This document shows positions 26,058-32,000 of a DNA stretch of 32,000 bases, one piece after another. The notes below the pieces were generated by a model. That model was not told the DNA's origin and ran no database searches. It saw nothing but the letters and a program-made list of their open reading frames with translations. A program made the position numbers and the translations under genes. Every line of letters starts with the position of its first letter. The stretch's first letter is position 1. Source of the DNA: Candidatus Hermodarchaeota archaeon (GTDB taxonomy: Archaea; Asgardarchaeota; Heimdallarchaeia; Hodarchaeales; Hodarchaeaceae); the NCBI GenBank assembly GCA_048886185.1, contig JBHLKY010000008.1, positions 90,001 to 122,000 of the forward strand. Direction: 5' to 3'.

Positions 26058-27025
26058 CCATTACTAGTTTCTATACCATACCAATCTCCACCCCTCATAT
26101 CAAGAAAAGCAGATATCGCAGCAGTTGTACCCTCACCAACAGCTACTGAAATCTGGCCTTGTCCTGGAGTGATATCACCACAGGCATAAATCCGAGGAAT
26201 ATTAGTACGTTGTTTGGCATCAACTTTGATTAACCCCTCTTCAGTCAGTTTAACACCAATTTTTTTAGCTAATTCATTATTGGGGAGAATTCCAATAGCT
26301 ATGAAGATTGCTTTCACCCTAAGATCATTTATTTCTCCTGTTTTATTATTCTTTATCGATATTTTCCTAATCCCACCAACTTCACTCCCATGAATTTCCG
26401 TCACTTCAGAGTCCCAAATAAAATTGACCTTTGAATTGTTTAAGATTTCTTTTTGTAAAGAATCTTCTGCTCGTAACCGGTCACGACGATGAATTAGATA
26501 AACTTCACGAACAACATTATCAAGATAGAGAGCTTCTGTTACTGCAGAGTTTCCCCCTCCAACTACTGCTACCTTCTTTGATTTATACAGCGGGCCATCA
26601 CATGTTGCACAATAAGAAACTCCCTTTGCTTCAAACTCTTTTTCACCAGGTATGTTTAAGTGACGGTGAGATGTACCGGTAGCTAAAACGATCACTTTAG
26701 CTGTAAAATTACCCGAGGTTGTAACTAATTCTAATGGAGCTTGATTAGTCTTTATGTCAGTGACTTCTACTAGCTCACGAATCTCAGTCCCAAATTTTTC
26801 TGCTTGCTTTCGCAATTTATCAGCAAACTCGAGACCCGTGATTTCAGAAAAGCCAGGGTAATTTTCTATTATTGGGGTGACTGCCGCTAACCCTCCCACA
26901 GCTTCTTTTTCAAGTACCAGTGTTTTCCAACCCATACGTGAACCATAGATGGCAGAAGCCATACCTGCTGGACCAGCACCAACTATTACCATGTCGTAAT
27001 CATTATTATCAGGGGTACTTCCCAT
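26054..27025 (-). CDS. trxB: Thioredoxin-disulfide reductase
   Basis: IVGAGPAG, IENYPGF, GVSYCATCDG, VVGGGNSA, HRRD and IYACGD motifs. Confidence 0.96.
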   Translation of the reverse strand: MGSTPDNNDYDMVIVGAGPAGMASAIYGSRMGWKTLVLEKEAVGGLAAVTPIIENYPGFSEITGLEFADKLRKQAEKFGTEIRELVEVTDIKTNQAPLELVTTSGNFTAKVIVLATGTSHRHLNIPGEKEFEAKGVSYCATCDGPLYKSKKVAVVGGGNSAVTEALYLDNVVREVYLIHRRDRLRAEDSLQKEILNNSKVNFIWDSEVTEIHGSEVGGIRKISIKNNKTGEINDLRVKAIFIAIGILPNNELAKKIGVKLTEEGLIKVDAKQRTNIPRIYACGDITPGQGQISVAVGEGTTAAISAFLDMRGGDWYGIETSNG

Positions 27026-27329
27026 GCTAGCTTACGCTCCACCTAAAAATGAACTAGGTGACTTCATTTTTATTGTGTTAAGTTCCAAATATTAAGTTTT
27101 TGCGAAGTTAATAATATTCAAAATCCTGATGAAAGGGAAATTTTGAAATGAAAAAGGGATTTTAAGAGAAATGATGCTACAACCCTACTTTTTGTCCTAT
27201 AGCTTCAATGTATTTTTAAGGGGAAGTGCAAGATTTAAGATATAAGAATACTACGAATATATCAAGCCAAAGAGTATATTTTTTTAATTCAGATAAGAGA
27301 TTCGCTCTAATCTATTTCACCCAGAACGG

Positions 27330-29981
27330 TTGCAAACTACAATGGAAATATTAAAATCTTCAACCTCAGACATTACCTTTACTGTTGATACTGAAAATGT
27401 ATCTATTCATGAACAAGACTTCATTCTGATCATTGATTCTGAAAAACAATATTTAGCTCAAGTTTCACATTTAGTTCACACTAAAGGGGAGGAAATAAAA
27501 GGAAATGCAATCATCCTTGGGGAAATCAATCTTGACAATTATTCTCTTTCATCCTGTAGATTCCCAATATCCTCTCAAGCGCTAATCCAGCATCCACCAA
27601 AAGGATTAGTTTCAAAGATTATTTCTTATCGAGGAGATCAGGGGATATATTTGGGAGATGTAATAACTTACAGTAATATTACAGACCCATTTCTCATATC
27701 GCCACGATTCCTGGAACGTCATGTGCTTTGTGTTGCAAGTACTGGTGCTGGAAAATCGTACAGTGTTGGTGTGTTATTAGAAGAAATCATTATGAAGTTT
27801 CAATCCGCTGCTGTCTTATTATTTGACATTCATAATGAATATTGGGGATTAGCTCAACCGAATGATGGCCCAGAGACTGAAAACCTTGATTATGAGGGAT
27901 ACTCACCGCGAGGTTTTCAATCAAATATTCTAATTTTCGAAAAAGACTCTTTAGGATTAGGGATATACTTTGATTTACCACGATTACGACGATTACTTGA
28001 TTTAACGGCGGCACAAGAAAACTCACTTTCGAATTTAGTTAGCAATCCCATTTCACTTGAAGACTTAATTTCATTGATTGAGGATTCGAATATCCATAGT
28101 TCAACACGAGATACTCTACTTTCAAAGATTTATTCTCTTAAAAAAATGCCTTTTTTTGAAAGAGAACTCGACCTAGAGGCTCTTATCTCCCCAGGACAAA
28201 TATCTATTATTCGTTTGGACCAATTTGTTGACCAAAAAAAGCGTAATCTTTTGGTTAATGAAATTCTGAATCAAATATTTGAAAAGAAAATGCGTGGGGA
28301 TTTAATAAGAGAACATGAAGTCATTCTAGTAATTGAAGAGGCACATCGCTTCACGGGGTCTAATGAAATCTTACCAAGAATTGCCAGAGAGGGACGAAAG
28401 TTCGGAATATATGAAATTCTAATCTCTCAACGACCAGCTGATTTCCCAGATACTATTATTGCGAATATGAATACATTAATTGCACTAAGAATAAGATCTG
28501 ATAAAGATATCAATAAAATTCGCTTGATGGAAGGAATAAGTAGTGAAGTGGTGTCAAGATTACCTCATCTTATTCGGGGAGAAGCTTTAATTGTGGGACT
28601 ACAGGGTGGTCCTGTTAAGATCCAAGTACGTCCTCGTTTATCAAAACATATTGATCCTCAAGAAGATAAGATGCCTGATACTCTCCCTCGATATGGTCTG
28701 CCAAAAAAAATTATCAGTTCAGAAACACAAACTGATCTTTCAGAAGAAGAATTAGATTTTTCGATGTCAGAATCTCCTATAATTGAAGATGATGAATATA
28801 TTCCCCAAACAGGGGAGAGTGAGGCATTTAATCACAAGGATTTAACTAATTTACTTTCCTGTAAACATATTCTAATTCTTCATAAACGAACTGGAATCTG
28901 TATCCTCGAACATGGAATTACGATGTTGAAAATAGATCCTCAATTAGTTTCAGGATTTCTAAGCGCAATTTCTGGACTCTTTAGTGAACTGAAATCAGAT
29001 CTCGTTAAGGAGCGATCTATTTTACGAATTTTCACAGAAGAGATAGGAGATCGTGCTTTCAAAATCATTACAGTAGAAGGTGCCTACTCTGTTACCGCTG
29101 TTATCCTAGATCGTACCCCAAAATATATCAACGACCTTAAACGACGCATGAGGAATTTTTCCTACATATTTGAAAAGGAGTATCAGAAAATTCTCGAAGA
29201 TTTCGTTGGATTGATTGATGATTTTGCTCCTGTAATCAAACTTCTTGATTACCATTTAGGACTTTCTTTGATATCTCCCTTAAAAATAAATCAATCCTAC
29301 AAAGGAAAAATACAGCATCAAGAATTATACGAGATTATCAGTGCACAATCAGACCAGCTTGCAAGAACTGAGGGACTTTTTGCAATAGAGATAGTTAATC
29401 AATGTCTTCTAGATTCAGATTATAGTTATCGAAGTATTATAGAAGCCATAATTTCCTATCTTCATGATAAAGTTCTTGTACTTGTTGATCAAACTAGGAT
29501 TTTACCTTCCTTTATCTCTCCACTCATATCAGAAGATCTGCAGCAGCCAACACTTGAAGAAATTGTCTCAGAGGAACCAACCACATCTGATTCATTGACT
29601 GATGTCATGGAGTATATTACTGAAGGAGAAAATAAAAAAATAGGAGAAGATGATATTAAGTGGTTTATAGACCTGAAACAGGACATCCAAATAACTTCCC
29701 TATCAGAATCTCTTACATCAGATATTTTAGAACGTGATTTATTATTTGAATCAGATTCAAGAATAAGAGCAAAATCTGTACGTCACATGATCTATTCCAA
29801 ATCAGATCTACAACGTTGGGCTGCCTTAATGACTCACAAAGGATTCTCACTCTCTAAAAAAGACAAAAATCCTTTGAATGGCGTAAAAATCGCCTTGAGA
29901 GCTGATAATACCACAATTCTATGTTCTATTGCCCAAATAGAGACTGGTGAATATTGTTTCATTATTGGTGAGGCAGAGTAA
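27330..29981 (+). CDS. HerA/DUF87-family ATPase fused to an acidic linker, a longin/roadblock-like domain and a further C-terminal domain
   Basis: RHVLCVASTGAGKS, FDIHNEY, VIEEAHRF, REGRKFG and SQRP motifs. Then HILILHKRTGICI...DPQLVSGFLSAISGLFSEL...FEKEY, an Asgard-type longin-like pattern. Confidence 0.8.
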   Translation: MQTTMEILKSSTSDITFTVDTENVSIHEQDFILIIDSEKQYLAQVSHLVHTKGEEIKGNAIILGEINLDNYSLSSCRFPISSQALIQHPPKGLVSKIISYRGDQGIYLGDVITYSNITDPFLISPRFLERHVLCVASTGAGKSYSVGVLLEEIIMKFQSAAVLLFDIHNEYWGLAQPNDGPETENLDYEGYSPRGFQSNILIFEKDSLGLGIYFDLPRLRRLLDLTAAQENSLSNLVSNPISLEDLISLIEDSNIHSSTRDTLLSKIYSLKKMPFFERELDLEALISPGQISIIRLDQFVDQKKRNLLVNEILNQIFEKKMRGDLIREHEVILVIEEAHRFTGSNEILPRIAREGRKFGIYEILISQRPADFPDTIIANMNTLIALRIRSDKDINKIRLMEGISSEVVSRLPHLIRGEALIVGLQGGPVKIQVRPRLSKHIDPQEDKMPDTLPRYGLPKKIISSETQTDLSEEELDFSMSESPIIEDDEYIPQTGESEAFNHKDLTNLLSCKHILILHKRTGICILEHGITMLKIDPQLVSGFLSAISGLFSELKSDLVKERSILRIFTEEIGDRAFKIITVEGAYSVTAVILDRTPKYINDLKRRMRNFSYIFEKEYQKILEDFVGLIDDFAPVIKLLDYHLGLSLISPLKINQSYKGKIQHQELYEIISAQSDQLARTEGLFAIEIVNQCLLDSDYSYRSIIEAIISYLHDKVLVLVDQTRILPSFISPLISEDLQQPTLEEIVSEEPTTSDSLTDVMEYITEGENKKIGEDDIKWFIDLKQDIQITSLSESLTSDILERDLLFESDSRIRAKSVRHMIYSKSDLQRWAALMTHKGFSLSKKDKNPLNGVKIALRADNTTILCSIAQIETGEYCFIIGEAE

Positions 29982-30051
29982 AGGTCTAGCAGAAATTATG
30001 ATTTATGTACACTCCTTCAATGTCTTATATTTGGACTTTATAATGGCTATC

Positions 30052-32000
30052 TTATCCAGAGGAGAATAGTTCGTCAATTGTTTCTATATCACCTTTAAAA
30101 ACATCAAGATCTCCTAACCATGTTGGAAGAGTTTTTGCATATTTGTTTTCAAAGTTTATTAGAAACTCACTTAGTTTTTTGCGCAATTCAGTAGAAGTGC
30201 TATCTGCAAAAATCGCAGCAAAAACCCATTTAGCATATTCAATGGTTAGAACCACATCACCATGGTCGATAGTTTTTAACAGCTGTTCACTCCGCACAGC
30301 CTCTTTTGCGAAAGATGTAATAGCTGAAAAGAGACCAGCTACCAATGCTGGCTCAACCTGAGATTCTGTTGCAAAAGTATGTGACAGAACAGCACGGCCG
30401 TCAAGCATCATTATATGGAGCGAGTCAATTGTAACCTCTTCATAAGAGTATGAGAATTCTCTATGTAAGACAGTAAGGATTTGATTGAACGGGACTTCAA
30501 TATCAAAAGTTAGATCATCTAAGATTTGATAAATCTCTTTGGTACTCAACCCACTTCTTTTCGTTAACGCATCTAACGGTTTCAAAGTTCCAGTAATTGC
30601 ATCATGTAGCTGTTGTCCCTTTTCAATCTCAGCCCAAGCTTCTTCCACTCTCTGGTTTATTTCAGGATTGTCAACGGTAGCTGCTCCAATCAGAATTATA
30701 TCAGATTTTCTATTTAATTCATTTAAACTAGGAAGTCTTCCTATATCAGAATAAACCGATTTGTATTGAATTTTTTCTTCTCCTTCTACAGTGCTTTTCT
30801 GTGTTCGTATATGGAACTTCCGTCTCACTAAAAATAGAATAGTACCGTATGTCAATATTATGGCAAACGGATGTAAAAGATTATATGGAATTGAAAGAAG
30901 GCCGAGAAAAATACCACCCTCTCCTTTCCAAATTACTGGAATCCGATGTAATTCTGGAATAATGAAATGAACATCACCAAAGATACCTTCTTTCCAAATA
31001 TTAGTATACCATTGCAACCGTTCTCCTCCTCCAGCAATCCCAGACGTGAGTGTGATAAATGGAGGTATTAAAGGAACAGAATTAATAATGAAAATTGGAT
31101 TATTAAGATTTAGAAACGGTATAAGTTTATATAAAGCTTCATCATACCACAAAAAGAGTAATAGGCTGACGGAAGAAATCGATAAATAAGCAATCAACGT
31201 AGTTACAAGAATACTCCAATTCCATCTTCTGATTAACAGAATTAAAGCTGCACTTAAAAGAAAACTAAAATAATTTAGAGTAAACCAAAAAAATGTACTA
31301 TATTGAACTGTTTCAATGTTGCGGGGAAATAAACCAGAGACGATGACACGATAGACCAAAAAACCGATTGCAAGTAAAAAACCAATAATCACTCCCATAA
31401 TGCATGATTTTACGATATTTGTAGAATTTATTCTCTTAAAAGCTAATTTAAGATTTTTAAAAGACTCAATGAGCTTGATTAACAAATAAATTGAAAAAGG
31501 TTCGAAAATATCTAAAAAAAGAACAAAAAAAACTGAAACCATTATAAAATATACCACAAAAAAAGATACAACGAAAATTTGGTCAAAGTACTGAACTAAG
31601 AAGAGAATAACCGCGAGTCCTGACATAAACGCACCCACGGTCGATAGACTTTGAACCATAGCTACATATAGTTGATTTCCCAAGAATTTACCTTTTCTCG
31701 ACAAACGACTTGCTTTAATAAGATAAACACTAAATACAATTGAAGCAATATAGGCAAAAAATATTTCTAGAAAATGTCCCATAGCAGTCCCTTGCAATAA
31801 ACTCGGATTTTCGGTTTCTCCGAGTAATTGAAGAATTGTCATAAGAAGAAATAGTGTAATAGGGAGGATTGCAATGAGTACTTTCAATAACTCCCTTTCA
31901 TTCCCCCAATCTTTTTCTTGAACCCGTTTTCTTATTTCTTGAAAAGGTGAGTCTTCCATTTCAAACTGAATCTCTTGTAATCTTTGAGTAACATTTCGTC
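30052..32000 (-). CDS. Multipass membrane protein with cytoplasmic C-terminal helical segment and longin/roadblock-like domain; 5'-truncated by the window edge
   Basis: About 10 TM segments, then LHIMMLDGRAVL...EPALVAGLFSAITSFAKE...FENKY. The frame stays open upstream of the ATG at 31959 to the end of the window (RNVTQRLQEIQFE-M). Confidence 0.75.
   Translation of the reverse strand, partial: RNVTQRLQEIQFEMEDSPFQEIRKRVQEKDWGNERELLKVLIAILPITLFLLMTILQLLGETENPSLLQGTAMGHFLEIFFAYIASIVFSVYLIKASRLSRKGKFLGNQLYVAMVQSLSTVGAFMSGLAVILFLVQYFDQIFVVSFFVVYFIMVSVFFVLFLDIFEPFSIYLLIKLIESFKNLKLAFKRINSTNIVKSCIMGVIIGFLLAIGFLVYRVIVSGLFPRNIETVQYSTFFWFTLNYFSFLLSAALILLIRRWNWSILVTTLIAYLSISSVSLLLFLWYDEALYKLIPFLNLNNPIFIINSVPLIPPFITLTSGIAGGGERLQWYTNIWKEGIFGDVHFIIPELHRIPVIWKGEGGIFLGLLSIPYNLLHPFAIILTYGTILFLVRRKFHIRTQKSTVEGEEKIQYKSVYSDIGRLPSLNELNRKSDIILIGAATVDNPEINQRVEEAWAEIEKGQQLHDAITGTLKPLDALTKRSGLSTKEIYQILDDLTFDIEVPFNQILTVLHREFSYSYEEVTIDSLHIMMLDGRAVLSHTFATESQVEPALVAGLFSAITSFAKEAVRSEQLLKTIDHGDVVLTIEYAKWVFAAIFADSTSTELRKKLSEFLINFENKYAKTLPTWLGDLDVFKGDIETIDELFSSG

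Noticed and set aside
27120-27180. TGATGA box-C-like motif upstream of the HerA fusion
   Set aside because: No CTGA box D at a suitable distance and no terminal stem.
27330-29981. Calling this the canonical DNA-repair HerA
   Set aside because: No nurA-mre11-rad50 context, and it carries a roughly 440-aa C-terminal extension.
3803-30754. Remaining short ORFs nested in or antisense to long genes (e.g. 3803, 6303, 6704, 9695, 12202, 13072, 13853, 14463, 15956, 16403, 16597, 22265, 23273, 25992, 26431, 27790, 29489, 30143, 30539)
   Set aside because: Shadow frames of well-supported genes with no independent evidence.
1-32000. CRISPR arrays, transposases, integrases, selenocysteine or pyrrolysine read-through
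   Set aside because: No regularly spaced repeats, no mobile-element proteins, and no gene that appears interrupted by an in-frame TGA or TAG.

Overview
AT-rich archaeal chromosomal window with no recognisable mobile elements or CRISPR array. It is most likely from an Asgard archaeon, an inference from longin/roadblock-like domains, a membrane-anchored RING protein, an Apollo/SNM1-like nuclease and a short eukaryote-like eL41. Contents: the start of a probable cbf5, rpl14e, a two-intron tRNA-Thr(CGT), a GT2 glycosyltransferase, thioredoxin plus a tiny rpl41e missed by the ORF track, RNase Z, a stand-alone asparagine-synthase domain, a CDP-alcohol phosphatidyltransferase, a TM/alpha-solenoid/RING protein, a minus-strand run hsp20-cdc48-PAC2-Phr-like regulator-tmcA, a paralogous pair of coiled-coil/winged-helix proteins, an AmmeMemoRadiSam radical SAM enzyme, a JAMM protease, a beta-CASP RNase, an NfeD-like protein, tRNA-Val(CAC), a MutS-like ATPase, a SNM1/Apollo-like nuclease, MptE, a PTPS-III-type enzyme, TrxB, a HerA-longin fusion and a 5'-truncated multipass membrane-longin protein. 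The standout is a circularly permuted 5S rRNA gene (minus strand, 24512..24631). Its 3' half lies upstream of its 5' half, joined by a 3-nt linker. Complementary flanks form a bulge-helix-bulge-like motif whose predicted cut sites would, after ligation, regenerate the conserved GAACCCGGAAGUUAAG segment as a 120-nt circle.
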